Below, piece after piece: positions 17,015 through 26,631 of a stretch of DNA of 64,000 nt (its first letter is position 1; each line of letters begins with the position of its first letter). Source of the stretch: an uncultured Pelagibacteraceae bacterium (GTDB taxonomy: Bacteria > Pseudomonadota > Alphaproteobacteria > Pelagibacterales > Pelagibacteraceae); NCBI GenBank assembly GCA_902547825.1, contig CACCPE010000005.1, forward strand, positions 2,555-66,554. Direction: 5' to 3'. Both the position numbers and the translations under genes were made by a program. A model generated the notes under the pieces. The model was given only the letters and a program-made list of their open reading frames with translations, searched no databases and was not told where the DNA came from.

Positions 17015-18106
17015 ATGGAAAAACAAAATTTTTATGATCTTAATTTTGATCAGCTAAAAGCTTTTTTAATTGAAAAAGGAGAAGTTGAGCCAAAAAAAGC
17101 AAAGATGAGGTCTCAACAACTCTTTAATGCAGTTTATAAAAAAAATATTAAAAGTTTTGATGAGCTTAAAACATTTGGAGTTGAACTGAGAGGCAAAATC
17201 AAAGATTTGATTAGTTTAGAAAAACCAAAAATTATAGACGTTCAAAAATCTAAGGACGGGACTATAAAATTTCTTTTAGAGCTTAAAGATAAACGTAATG
17301 TTGAGACAGTCCTTATTCCAGATAAATCCCAAAGCAGATATACAATTTGTTTATCTGTATCAGTGGGCTGTTATCTCTCTTGCGAATTTTGTGCAACAGC
17401 TCAAATTTCTAAAAAATTAGTAAGGAATTTATCACCTGGAGAAATAATTTCACAAATAATTTTAAGCAAAGATTATATCAACGATTGGTCTACACAGAAA
17501 AAAATTACCAATCAAGTATTGATGGGTGAAGGCTCGCCTTTTCTGAATTTAGATAATGTTAAAGTTGCTATAGATAATTCAAAAAATAAAGATGGCTTGG
17601 AGTACGGAAGAACTAGAATTACAGTAAGCACAGTAGGAGTAGGAACTAAAAAAGACAATTTAGATGCAATAGAGTGGGCTGCAAATGAGTTAGATGTTTA
17701 TCTTGCGTGGAGCCTACATAGCTCTATACCAAAACACAGATCAGAATTAATGCCAATAAATGATAAATATTCAATTAATTCATTATTACCAAAACTAAAA
17801 AAGTATTATGAAAAAACAAAATTACCTATTTTTATTGAGTGGATATGTTTAGATGAGAATTTAACAGATGATCACGCTAAAGAATTAATAAAGATTATGA
17901 AAAAAGTTCCTTCAAAATTAAATTTGATTGAGTTTAATCCTTTGTCAAATAAATATTTTAAACCAGCAACTCAAGAAAATATTGATAAGTTTTCTAAGAA
18001 AATTCAAGATGCAGGTTTTCTTTCTCTATTTAGAAGAAGCAGGGGTAGAGACATAAATGCATCTTGTGGATCACTAGCGAATAGTAAAGCTATACTTAAT
18101 GGATAA
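17015..18106 (+). CDS. rlmN: Radical SAM RNA methyltransferase RlmN (divergent)
   Basis: SKDGTIKFL, VETV, CYLSCEFC (CxxxCxxC), ITVST, SLH, RGRDINASCG. Confidence 0.88.
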   Translation: MEKQNFYDLNFDQLKAFLIEKGEVEPKKAKMRSQQLFNAVYKKNIKSFDELKTFGVELRGKIKDLISLEKPKIIDVQKSKDGTIKFLLELKDKRNVETVLIPDKSQSRYTICLSVSVGCYLSCEFCATAQISKKLVRNLSPGEIISQIILSKDYINDWSTQKKITNQVLMGEGSPFLNLDNVKVAIDNSKNKDGLEYGRTRITVSTVGVGTKKDNLDAIEWAANELDVYLAWSLHSSIPKHRSELMPINDKYSINSLLPKLKKYYEKTKLPIFIEWICLDENLTDDHAKELIKIMKKVPSKLNLIEFNPLSNKYFKPATQENIDKFSKKIQDAGFLSLFRRSRGRDINASCGSLANSKAILNG

Positions 18107-19049
18107 TTTACATATTTTTTTAGGTGCAACAGTTGCGGACGCAGCAACTAGACCTCTACATTGGGTATACGATCCAAAAAAGTTAAAGAAATATATCAAG
18201 GGAAAAAAAGAAATAGCTTTTCTAAAAAAAAACAGAAGCCCATTTTACAATATTAAAACTGGAAAGGTTTCAGGGTATAATGATATTGGACAAGTAATGT
18301 TTCAAACTTTGATTTCATCAAAAAAAAAATCAGAAATTTTTAGGAATTTCAAAAAAAATATCATAAAACATTTTGGGCCGGGGTCAAATTATTGGAAAAA
18401 TCTAAAACTAAGAAAAAAATATAAAAAAGTGAAATGGAAAAAACCTATGAATGGCCCGTGGATCCATCAAAATATCTTAGAGACCATACAAAATATCAAA
18501 TCTAAGAAAATTATCACCGGTGGTACGAAAGTAAACGAGTCAGATGGTTATTGTGCTGCTCTGCCATATTTTCTTTTCAATGATAAAGAAAAAGAACTTA
18601 AAAAGGTTATTAAATCTGTAGCTAATTCAAGAATAAATGAAAAATATGCTTTATCTAAATTAAAGATTATAGAATTAGCTAATAAAAAAGATAGAAATCC
18701 TGTTCAATCTTTTGTTAAAAAATACAAAAAGAATAAATATTTTAAAGACGTAGTTACCAATATTAAAAAAGTTTTAAGACTAAAAAACCAAAATCATATA
18801 ATGACTGTAAGGAAATTTGGGAAAGCTTGTAGTTATCCAGGCACATTTATGGGATCAATTCACGCGATTATTACATCCAACAGTTATAAATCTGCTATTA
18901 CAAAAACGATTAAAGCTGGTGGTTGCAATTGTTCAAGAGCAAACTTTGTTGGAGCATATTTTGCTGCATTAAAACCAAAAAGTATTCCAAGTAACTGGGT
19001 TAGAAGAACTTTGCCAGCAAAAAATATTTTGAAATATATTAATTCTTAA
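18099..19049 (+). CDS. ADP-ribosylglycohydrolase-fold protein, J1-crystallin/SelJ-like subgroup
   Basis: GATVADAATRPLHWVYD N-terminus; AGGCNCSR in place of GGDxDT. Confidence 0.75.
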   Translation: MDNLHIFLGATVADAATRPLHWVYDPKKLKKYIKGKKEIAFLKKNRSPFYNIKTGKVSGYNDIGQVMFQTLISSKKKSEIFRNFKKNIIKHFGPGSNYWKNLKLRKKYKKVKWKKPMNGPWIHQNILETIQNIKSKKIITGGTKVNESDGYCAALPYFLFNDKEKELKKVIKSVANSRINEKYALSKLKIIELANKKDRNPVQSFVKKYKKNKYFKDVVTNIKKVLRLKNQNHIMTVRKFGKACSYPGTFMGSIHAIITSNSYKSAITKTIKAGGCNCSRANFVGAYFAALKPKSIPSNWVRRTLPAKNILKYINS

Positions 19050-19065
19050 TGTGGTATATTAATTA

Positions 19066-20094
19066 ATGGATTCGTTAATCATAATTTTAATAATTTTATT
19101 AGTAATTGTTAATCTCGGAGTTATTTTCTTTTTAATAAGAAATAAGCCTGAAAAACAAATAAATCCAGAACAGGCTTTTAAAGAAGAGTTTAACTCATTT
19201 AAAGAAACCTTCGGCCAATCCTTTGGTTCTATGAGCAAAGAAATTGCTAAAGATATGACTGGTGCTTTAACTAAAGTTGATGAAAAAGTTTCAGTTTTTA
19301 ACCAGCAAGTAAGTGAGCTTAATAAAAGCCAGGATAATTTTAGTAGAATTTTAAGCGGTGTTAAAACATACGGAACACTTGCAGAATTTGGATTAGGCGC
19401 TCTTCTTAAAGATTTATTACCAGCATCTCAATTTATTGCTAATGCAAAAATGAAAGATGATACGTCCGAAACAGTTGAATTTGCTATAAAGCTTCAAGAC
19501 GTTTTATTACCAATAGACAGTCATTGGCCAGTAGAAAAATATAAAGCAATTGACGATGCCTACAATGCTAATAACAAAGAAGCTCAAGCAGAGGCGAGAA
19601 AAGATTTAGCTGCTGCTTTTAGATTGAAAGCTAAAATGGTAAATTCTAAATATATAGCGCCACCTAAAAGCACAGATTTTGCAATCGTTTATGTTCCAAC
19701 TGAAGGATTGTTTTCAGAACTTTCAAGTTATAGAGATCCAAAGACAAAAGAATTATTATTACAAGAACTTAGAACAAAATATAAAGTAACAGTTTCTGGT
19801 CCTAATACTTTATCTGCTTTGTTGCAATCTTATCATTTAGGATTTCAAACACTTAAAGTTCAACAACACGCAACTCAAATCTATAGTGACTTAAGAAACA
19901 TAAGCTCTAGGTTTGAAAAACATTTTGATGGGATTAAAGACTTAAGAAAGAAACTAGAGCAGGCCATGGCTGCAACCGATGGTTTTGGTAGGGACGCTAG
20001 ATCCATAATGAATACACTTGGGAACATAAAAGATCCAGAGCAAGTAACAGATTCCTTGAAAGAAAATCCAGAAAAGATAAAAGTTCTAAAATAA
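19066..20094 (+). CDS. rmuC: DNA recombination protein RmuC
   Basis: N-terminal TM, coiled coil, LPIDSHWP, KYIAPPKSTDFAIVYVPTEGLF, GPNTLSALL. Confidence 0.9.
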   Translation: MDSLIIILIILLVIVNLGVIFFLIRNKPEKQINPEQAFKEEFNSFKETFGQSFGSMSKEIAKDMTGALTKVDEKVSVFNQQVSELNKSQDNFSRILSGVKTYGTLAEFGLGALLKDLLPASQFIANAKMKDDTSETVEFAIKLQDVLLPIDSHWPVEKYKAIDDAYNANNKEAQAEARKDLAAAFRLKAKMVNSKYIAPPKSTDFAIVYVPTEGLFSELSSYRDPKTKELLLQELRTKYKVTVSGPNTLSALLQSYHLGFQTLKVQQHATQIYSDLRNISSRFEKHFDGIKDLRKKLEQAMAATDGFGRDARSIMNTLGNIKDPEQVTDSLKENPEKIKVLK

Positions 20095-20103
20095 ACATAT
20101 ATT

Positions 20104-21525
20104 ATGTCTAACTTTGTCTTTTACGATTTTGAGACCAGTTCATCTAATAAATATTGGGGCCAAATAATTCAAATTGGTGCTGTATTAACTAATGACAATT
20201 TAGACGAACTAGATCGCTTTGATGCTAGGTGCAGACTAAGTCCTGGAATAATTCCAGAAGCCATGGCTTTGATTGTTAACAAAACCTCACCCTCAATGCT
20301 AAAAAAGTCTAATCTCTCTCATTATGAAATGATCAGGCAGTTTGTTGAAACACTTAAAAGGTGGGGCAAGGCAACTTATATTGGGTTCAATAGTATTGAG
20401 TTTGATGAGGAATTTTTAAGGTGCACTTTGTTTCAAACATTAGAATATCCCTACATTACCAGCACAAACGGAAATACTAGAGGAGATATCTTAAGCTTGG
20501 CAAGAGCCGCTAATTTGTATTACCCAAATACACTTAAAAATTCTGTAAACGAAAAAGGCAATGATGTTTACAAATTAGATCAAATGGCACCTCTAAACGG
20601 TATCGAACATGGAGATGCACATAGTGCTATAGGCGATGTGATAGCAACTATTGGAATAGCGAAATTAATTTCTAAAAAGGCCCCAAATGTTTGGAAAGCA
20701 AGCATGTTAACTTTGGATAAAAATCAGTCTTTAGAATTAATAAAAAAAGAGTTACTTTTTTGTACTAATGAATATTTTTATGGAAGAAGTAGACCATATG
20801 TTCAAACTTTTATTTGTCAGCATCCTCAATACCAATGGCCATTATGTTTTGATCTGAGACATGATCCTTCTCCATTTTTGGACATGTCTATTAAAGAATT
20901 AACCGCAGCGATGAAAAAACAGCCAAAATTTATTAGAACTGTTCGGCACAATAAACATCCAGTTATCATGAATCCGTCTTATGGAAATCAATTTGATGAA
21001 TACAAAATGATTGGTACAAAAAAATTAGAGGAAAGAGCTAAAATGATTAAAAACAATAAAGTTTTTTCTGAAAAGGTTTATTCAGTAAAACAATCAGAAA
21101 TTGATGATAAAGAACAAACAAAATCACAAGAAGATTTATATAATGAAGAAAGTATCTACGCTAAATTTACCTCAACAGAAGATAATAAAATAATGCCAGA
21201 GTTTCACAATGTTGATTGGGATAAAAAATTAAAAGTTATCTCCAAATTTAAAGATGAAAGATTACAATATTTTGGAAAAAAACTTCTTTATATGGAAAAA
21301 CCTGAAATTTTAAACAAATCTGACTTTAATCTAATTCATAAACACATCTCAAAAAGACTTTTAAGTACTAATAATGAAAACTGGAATACAATTCCAAGAA
21401 CTTATTCAGAGATTGATACTTTAAGAGTGAAATTCGAAAAAGAAAATCAACCAGAAAAACTTAAAATATTAAATGATATTAACGCATACGTTGAAGATTT
21501 AGAAAAATATTATTCATCCACATAG
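20104..21525 (+). CDS. sbcB: Exodeoxyribonuclease I
   Basis: FYDFET, GFNSIEFD and HSAIGDV DEDDh exonuclease motifs; ExoI length. Confidence 0.88.
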   Translation: MSNFVFYDFETSSSNKYWGQIIQIGAVLTNDNLDELDRFDARCRLSPGIIPEAMALIVNKTSPSMLKKSNLSHYEMIRQFVETLKRWGKATYIGFNSIEFDEEFLRCTLFQTLEYPYITSTNGNTRGDILSLARAANLYYPNTLKNSVNEKGNDVYKLDQMAPLNGIEHGDAHSAIGDVIATIGIAKLISKKAPNVWKASMLTLDKNQSLELIKKELLFCTNEYFYGRSRPYVQTFICQHPQYQWPLCFDLRHDPSPFLDMSIKELTAAMKKQPKFIRTVRHNKHPVIMNPSYGNQFDEYKMIGTKKLEERAKMIKNNKVFSEKVYSVKQSEIDDKEQTKSQEDLYNEESIYAKFTSTEDNKIMPEFHNVDWDKKLKVISKFKDERLQYFGKKLLYMEKPEILNKSDFNLIHKHISKRLLSTNNENWNTIPRTYSEIDTLRVKFEKENQPEKLKILNDINAYVEDLEKYYSST

Positions 21526-21553
21526 TTGACAAAAAACAAAAAATACTTATTTA
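21526..21553 (+). promoter_or_regulatory. Putative promoter of trxA, close enough to the ATG to give a leaderless or very short leader
   Basis: TTGACA-N16-TATTTA ending 6 nt before ATG 21560. Confidence 0.45.
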
Positions 21554-21559
21554 AGGGTT

Positions 21560-21877
21560 ATGGCATTCAAAGATTCTACTGACGAAAAATTTAGCGATCA
21601 AATAAGCGGAAGTAAACTTTCACTAATTCAATTTTCCGCATCATGGTGTGGACCATGTCAACAGCTTAAACCAATAGTGGAAAAAATTTCAAAAGACATG
21701 TCTGATAAAATTGATTGCTATTATCATGACATTGAAAGTCAGCCTAATGAGCCAACTAAGTATTCGGTGCGAGGTGTACCAACAGTTCTATTATTTAAAG
21801 AGGGTAAACTTTTAGGAACAAAAGTTGGTGCTTCAAGCGAAAAAGACATGCTTGAATTCATAAAACCACATATTTAA
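21560..21877 (+). CDS. trxA: Thioredoxin
   Basis: WCGPC active site, VRGVPT. Confidence 0.95.
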   Translation: MAFKDSTDEKFSDQISGSKLSLIQFSASWCGPCQQLKPIVEKISKDMSDKIDCYYHDIESQPNEPTKYSVRGVPTVLLFKEGKLLGTKVGASSEKDMLEFIKPHI

Positions 21878-23136
21878 TTCTTATTTAAGATGTTTCCGCA
21901 GTTATAAAGACTTCCAAAACAAACAATCAATTTTTTTTCATTACTACTTATTTTCTTCAATGCTTCTGTGAAACTATCACTTTTTTCTGATTTTAATTTA
22001 TTTTTAATAGCTATTTTATAAAGTTCATGGGCTGAAACTGAATTAAACTCATTTTCTATTGGCATAGTTACAACTTTTTTAAATACTCCTTTAAGCTGTT
22101 TAATGAACAAATCTGGTTCTTTATTTTTAGTCATAGCCCAAATTCCATATATTGGTATTTTTATATTTTTTAAGTATGATGCTAAGTTTTTTGCATCAGT
22201 AGTGGCATGGGCTCCGTCAATCATAATATTCTCGTTTTTATAAAGTTTATTTTTGATTTTACCTTTATTAAGATATTGAAAGCGACCTACAAAAGAGAGT
22301 TTAGGTAAAGTTTTTTGAATAATTTTCTTTTTAATATTAATATCAAGAGCAATTTTTATAGCTAAACATACATTTTCAAACATTCCTTTAGAGTAAACAT
22401 TTTTAGTATTAAGCTTAATTTTTGTTTTTTTATCTTGATAATAAAATTGATGTCTTTTTTTTATAAGTTTCCAAGAATTCGGATATATAATTTTACTTCT
22501 ATTTTTTTTAAGAATTTTTTTAATTCTTTTTAAAACATAAGGTGATTGTTTACCTATATATATATTAGTAAAATTGCTGAGATGGCCAACGTCTTCTTTA
22601 ATAACTTCATCAAGTGTCTTTTTTTTTAAAAAATTTAAGTGCTGTTTATTAATGTTAGTACAAATTTGTATTATCGGAAAGTCATTGATATTATTTGAGT
22701 CAAGTCTCCAGAGAGCGCCAGTTTCTTGAATATTATAATCTGCATTTATTGTTGAGGCATTAATAATATAAACTAAAGTAAGACACTCAAAAACTGTTAA
22801 TGGAATATTTAATTTTTCTATCTTTTTAATTGTTTTTTTTATTTCTTTGTAAGTTAAGTATTTTTTACTCATGTAAAATCTTTCCCTTATATCTTGAATA
22901 GAAGGTGAAATATGAGCTGTAACTTTTTGATTGTTTGCCTCAATAAATGATTTTAAAGAAAACAATGTAGTGAATTTACCTGACTCACCAATAACAGAAA
23001 TTACATTTTTGAGTCCTTTTTCTGGATGCCCTAATAAACTTAGAGCCAATTTGATCCTTTTAAGACCAAAATTCACAGATTTATTAAATAGTTGGTGTCT
23101 AGCTAGCTGATTGTAAAGATTGATCGACTGTGACAT
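21874..23136 (-). CDS. folC: Folylpolyglutamate synthase/dihydrofolate synthase
   Basis: FGLKRI, GESGK P-loop variant, HISP, RERF, IDGAH, FGSLY; synteny after accD. Confidence 0.88.
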   Translation of the reverse strand: MSQSINLYNQLARHQLFNKSVNFGLKRIKLALSLLGHPEKGLKNVISVIGESGKFTTLFSLKSFIEANNQKVTAHISPSIQDIRERFYMSKKYLTYKEIKKTIKKIEKLNIPLTVFECLTLVYIINASTINADYNIQETGALWRLDSNNINDFPIIQICTNINKQHLNFLKKKTLDEVIKEDVGHLSNFTNIYIGKQSPYVLKRIKKILKKNRSKIIYPNSWKLIKKRHQFYYQDKKTKIKLNTKNVYSKGMFENVCLAIKIALDINIKKKIIQKTLPKLSFVGRFQYLNKGKIKNKLYKNENIMIDGAHATTDAKNLASYLKNIKIPIYGIWAMTKNKEPDLFIKQLKGVFKKVVTMPIENEFNSVSAHELYKIAIKNKLKSEKSDSFTEALKKISSNEKKLIVCFGSLYNCGNILNKN

Positions 23137-24013
23137 TGGACTCTTGTTTAGCTTGAGCCTCAGTTTTTTTCAATAGAACATTTAACAAAGTTCCTATTGT
23201 AGAATTTAAATACTTTCTCTCTACAATTAAATCTAATCCACCATGGTCTTTTACGTATTCAGCGGTTTGAAAATCTTCAGGCAATGTTTCTCTTACAGTG
23301 TCTTGTATCACTCTTCGTCCAGCAAAACCAATTACGCTTTTTGGTTCACCAATTAAAATATCTCCCAACATTGCCCAAGAAGCAGTTACACCTCCTGTTG
23401 TCGGATTTGTCAAAATAACGACGAAAGGAATATTTTTTTTCTTCAGCTCATTTACAGCTAAGGCAGTTCTTGACATTTGCATTAATGCTATAGAACTTTC
23501 ATGCATTCTTTGACCTCCAGAACAGCTAAAAAATATATATGGAAAATTATTTTCTATTGCATTTTGAGCTCCTGCAATAAAAGCTTCTCCAGATGCAGCA
23601 CCGAACGACCCTCCAATAAATCTAAAGTCTTGAGCTCCTGTTACTACATCAATTCCTTGAACTTTACCTTTAGCAATTAACACAGCATCATTTTGCCCTG
23701 TCAATTCACGTGCTGTTTTCAAACGATCAGTGTATTTTTTTTTATCTACAAAATTTAAAGGATCATCTTTTGGAAGAGGAGTTTCAATTAATTCAAATTC
23801 CTTATTATCAAAAAAGGTTTTGAACCTTTCCTTACAAGTAAGTTTATGATGTTCTCCACATTTAGGACAAACCTTAAGATTGGAGTCCATATCTTCTTTA
23901 TAAATTAAATTTTTACAGCTACATGTAGTCCAAAGATTTTCTTCAACTCTTGACGACTTTTTTTCGAACAAAGACTTTATCTTTGGTTTGATAAATTTTG
24001 TAATCCAATTCAT
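23099..24013 (-). CDS. accD: Acetyl-CoA carboxylase carboxyltransferase beta subunit
   Basis: N-terminal Cys zinc-finger region, SGGQRMHE, PTTGGVTAS, GFAGRRVI. Confidence 0.96.
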   Translation of the reverse strand: MNWITKFIKPKIKSLFEKKSSRVEENLWTTCSCKNLIYKEDMDSNLKVCPKCGEHHKLTCKERFKTFFDNKEFELIETPLPKDDPLNFVDKKKYTDRLKTARELTGQNDAVLIAKGKVQGIDVVTGAQDFRFIGGSFGAASGEAFIAGAQNAIENNFPYIFFSCSGGQRMHESSIALMQMSRTALAVNELKKKNIPFVVILTNPTTGGVTASWAMLGDILIGEPKSVIGFAGRRVIQDTVRETLPEDFQTAEYVKDHGGLDLIVERKYLNSTIGTLLNVLLKKTEAQAKQESNVTVDQSLQSAS

Positions 24014-24810
24014 AAAATTTTTTTTTTAAGACTATATACAACTTTAGCTAACTTTGTGACAGGATTTTGTCTCATTTTGAGTGATTTCGATATTATTTTA
24101 CACAACATACTGCCCACAACTAACCCATTTGCTGATTTAAGAGAAGAAATCGTTTTTTCAGTAATTCCGAAACCAATTACAAGATTTTTTTTTGGATTGA
24201 TTCTTTTAATCTTATTATAGTTTTGTAAAATTTTTTTTGGTGAAACTTTCAGCTTTCCCCCTGTAGTTGAAAGCATTGAAATATAATAAATCATTTCATG
24301 TGAGTCATTAATAATTTTCTTCATTCTATCTTTAGAAGTAGTAGGTGATAAAAGTTGAATAAAGCTTATTGACTTTTTCTTACACTTTTTTGCAAAATTT
24401 TTATTTTCAGGGTAAGGGAGGTCAACTATAATTAAACCATCAACTCCTGATAGCTTACAACTTTTTAAAAAGTTATTTTCACCATTTTGGTAAATTAAAT
24501 TAAAATAACCCATCAAGATAATTGGTTTACTAGGATTATTTTTTTTAAATTTTTTAACAATTTGAAAAACATCTCTTAATTTTATTCCATTTTTTAAAGC
24601 TCGGTTAGAGCTACCTTGTATCTGTCCACCATCAGCGATCGGAGTGTTGTGAGGAAAACCAAATTCAAGGATATCAGCGTATTTAGATATTTCATTTAAT
24701 ATTTTTAGAGAATTATTTTTGGTGTTATCTCCTGCAACTGTGTAAGTAATTAAAGCAGGTCTTTTTTCTTTTTTACAATTTTGAAAAGCTAAAGCTATTT
24801 TAGACTTCAT
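24010..24810 (-). CDS. trpA: Tryptophan synthase alpha subunit
   Basis: EFGFP..PIADG, LMGYFN, DGLIIVDLP, GFGI, VVGS. Confidence 0.93.
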   Translation of the reverse strand: MKSKIALAFQNCKKEKRPALITYTVAGDNTKNNSLKILNEISKYADILEFGFPHNTPIADGGQIQGSSNRALKNGIKLRDVFQIVKKFKKNNPSKPIILMGYFNLIYQNGENNFLKSCKLSGVDGLIIVDLPYPENKNFAKKCKKKSISFIQLLSPTTSKDRMKKIINDSHEMIYYISMLSTTGGKLKVSPKKILQNYNKIKRINPKKNLVIGFGITEKTISSLKSANGLVVGSMLCKIISKSLKMRQNPVTKLAKVVYSLKKKIL

Positions 24811-26039
24811 CTTTTATATGATCCTAATTTTTGTCTAATTATATCCTTATCTTTAATGCTATCTCCACAAGAGTTCACAATAATAACCTCTGAACTGTCT
24901 AACTTAGGAGCTAATTTAATTGCCTCAGCAAATGCATGCGAGGGTTCTAGTGAGGGAGAAATATTTTCAAGTCTTGAAACTAATTTATATGCACTTAGTG
25001 CCTCCTCATCATTAGCTGAGGTGTATCTTGCTCTTTTTGCATCCTTTAGAAAACAATGTAAAGGAGATATCCCAGGATAGTCCAATCCTGCAGAAATAGA
25101 CTCTGTTGAACCTATTTGACCTTCTTTATCTTGTATAACATATTGAGCAGCACCATGAAGGATTCCTATTTTAGAACCATTAGTTAGTGGTGCAGCATGA
25201 AGGTTGCTGTTTTTTGGTCCACCAGCTTCTACTCCAATAAATTCTGCATCTGTGTTCATAAATTCATTCCAGAAACCAGCTGCAGAACTTCCGCCTCCAA
25301 CACAATTAATTAATTTTAACTTTTTGGGTATTCTTCCAAATTCCTCTTTTATTTGTTTAATTAACTCTCTTGAAATTTGAGCTGTGCTCCAAGCACAAAT
25401 CTTAATAAAAATATTTGGGCCTACAGTACTTCCTACACACATATGAGTTGTATCACAATTCGAGACCCAGTATCGCATACATTCGCTCACCGCATCAACA
25501 AGTGTTTGACTTCCCGTAGTAACTGGAACTATCGATGCTCCGTTTTTTTTCATAGCTTCTACGTTAGGCCTTTGTCTTTTTATATCCTTGGCTCCCATAA
25601 AAATTTTACATTTAAGTCCAAATTTTTTAGCCGCCATAGAAAGCATTTTTCCTGCATATCCAGCACCAGTATCACCTACGATATATCTTTTTCCTGCTTT
25701 TTTAGCTATTAAACAGTGAACAGTAGCATTGTAAATCTTGTGAGCACCGCCATTAGCTTCAGAAACCACTTTAGCATAAATTTGTGCTCCTCCTAGATGA
25801 TCTGTTAAATTATCTAGTTTAATAAAAGGAGTAGGGGCACCCACATATGTTTCAAAGTAATGATCTCTTTCTTTAAGAAATTTTTTATCTTTTCTTAATT
25901 TTGTAAATAATTTTGTTAAATCGTCTATCGGTTTTTTTAAAGTTTCAGGTATAAAATTCCCACCAAACTTTCCACCGTACATAAAATTATTATCGTGCTG
26001 ATCGATAAGAGCTAAGTTTTTTCTAATTTTTAATTTCAT
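24807..26039 (-). CDS. trpB: Tryptophan synthase beta subunit (divergent active site)
   Basis: GAHKI PLP lysine, VGGGS, SISAGLDYPG, LEPSHA; between trpF and trpA. Confidence 0.92.
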   Translation of the reverse strand: MKLKIRKNLALIDQHDNNFMYGGKFGGNFIPETLKKPIDDLTKLFTKLRKDKKFLKERDHYFETYVGAPTPFIKLDNLTDHLGGAQIYAKVVSEANGGAHKIYNATVHCLIAKKAGKRYIVGDTGAGYAGKMLSMAAKKFGLKCKIFMGAKDIKRQRPNVEAMKKNGASIVPVTTGSQTLVDAVSECMRYWVSNCDTTHMCVGSTVGPNIFIKICAWSTAQISRELIKQIKEEFGRIPKKLKLINCVGGGSSAAGFWNEFMNTDAEFIGVEAGGPKNSNLHAAPLTNGSKIGILHGAAQYVIQDKEGQIGSTESISAGLDYPGISPLHCFLKDAKRARYTSANDEEALSAYKLVSRLENISPSLEPSHAFAEAIKLAPKLDSSEVIIVNSCGDSIKDKDIIRQKLGSYKR

Positions 26040-26631
26040 TAATTTTTTTTATAAAACTTTTAATTTTATAGTGATCTTTGTAACCTAATTGATTTTCTAA
26101 ACTAGATGATAAATCAAAAAAATTAACCCCTAATTTACCAATATTTTCTATATTATTTTCAGATATAGAACCTGCTAAAGCGTATTTTGCACCAATAGGA
26201 ATTTTCGTGATTAAATTTTTAGGAAATTCCACAGATTTCTCCATACCAGGTGTATCAAACAAAATAACATCGGCATTTTCAAACTCTCTAAATTTTTGAA
26301 TATCTTGTGCATGTTTAACTTTAATAGTTTTGATGACACTAAAGCCCATATTTTTAATCTCATTAATTCTTTCTTTTGTTTCTGACCCATGTAACTGAAT
26401 ATAATCGAAAGTTCCCATTAGGTTTTTTTTAATAAACTCGTCAGAGGGATTAACTGTTACCGCAACAAAAGCAGAATTTTTTTTATCGTAAGTAGAAAGT
26501 AATTTGATATCAGAAGTATTAATATTTCGGGGAGATTTTTCATAAAAAACAAATCCTAAATAATTAACTCTAAGATCTATACATAATTGGACATCTCTGG
26601 TTGGATTTAAACCACAAATCTTTATTTTCAT
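26023..26631 (-). CDS. trpF: Phosphoribosylanthranilate isomerase
   Basis: KICGL, GFVFYEKSPR, QLHGSE, DLSSSLE. Confidence 0.93.
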   Translation of the reverse strand: MKIKICGLNPTRDVQLCIDLRVNYLGFVFYEKSPRNINTSDIKLLSTYDKKNSAFVAVTVNPSDEFIKKNLMGTFDYIQLHGSETKERINEIKNMGFSVIKTIKVKHAQDIQKFREFENADVILFDTPGMEKSVEFPKNLITKIPIGAKYALAGSISENNIENIGKLGVNFFDLSSSLENQLGYKDHYKIKSFIKKINEIKN

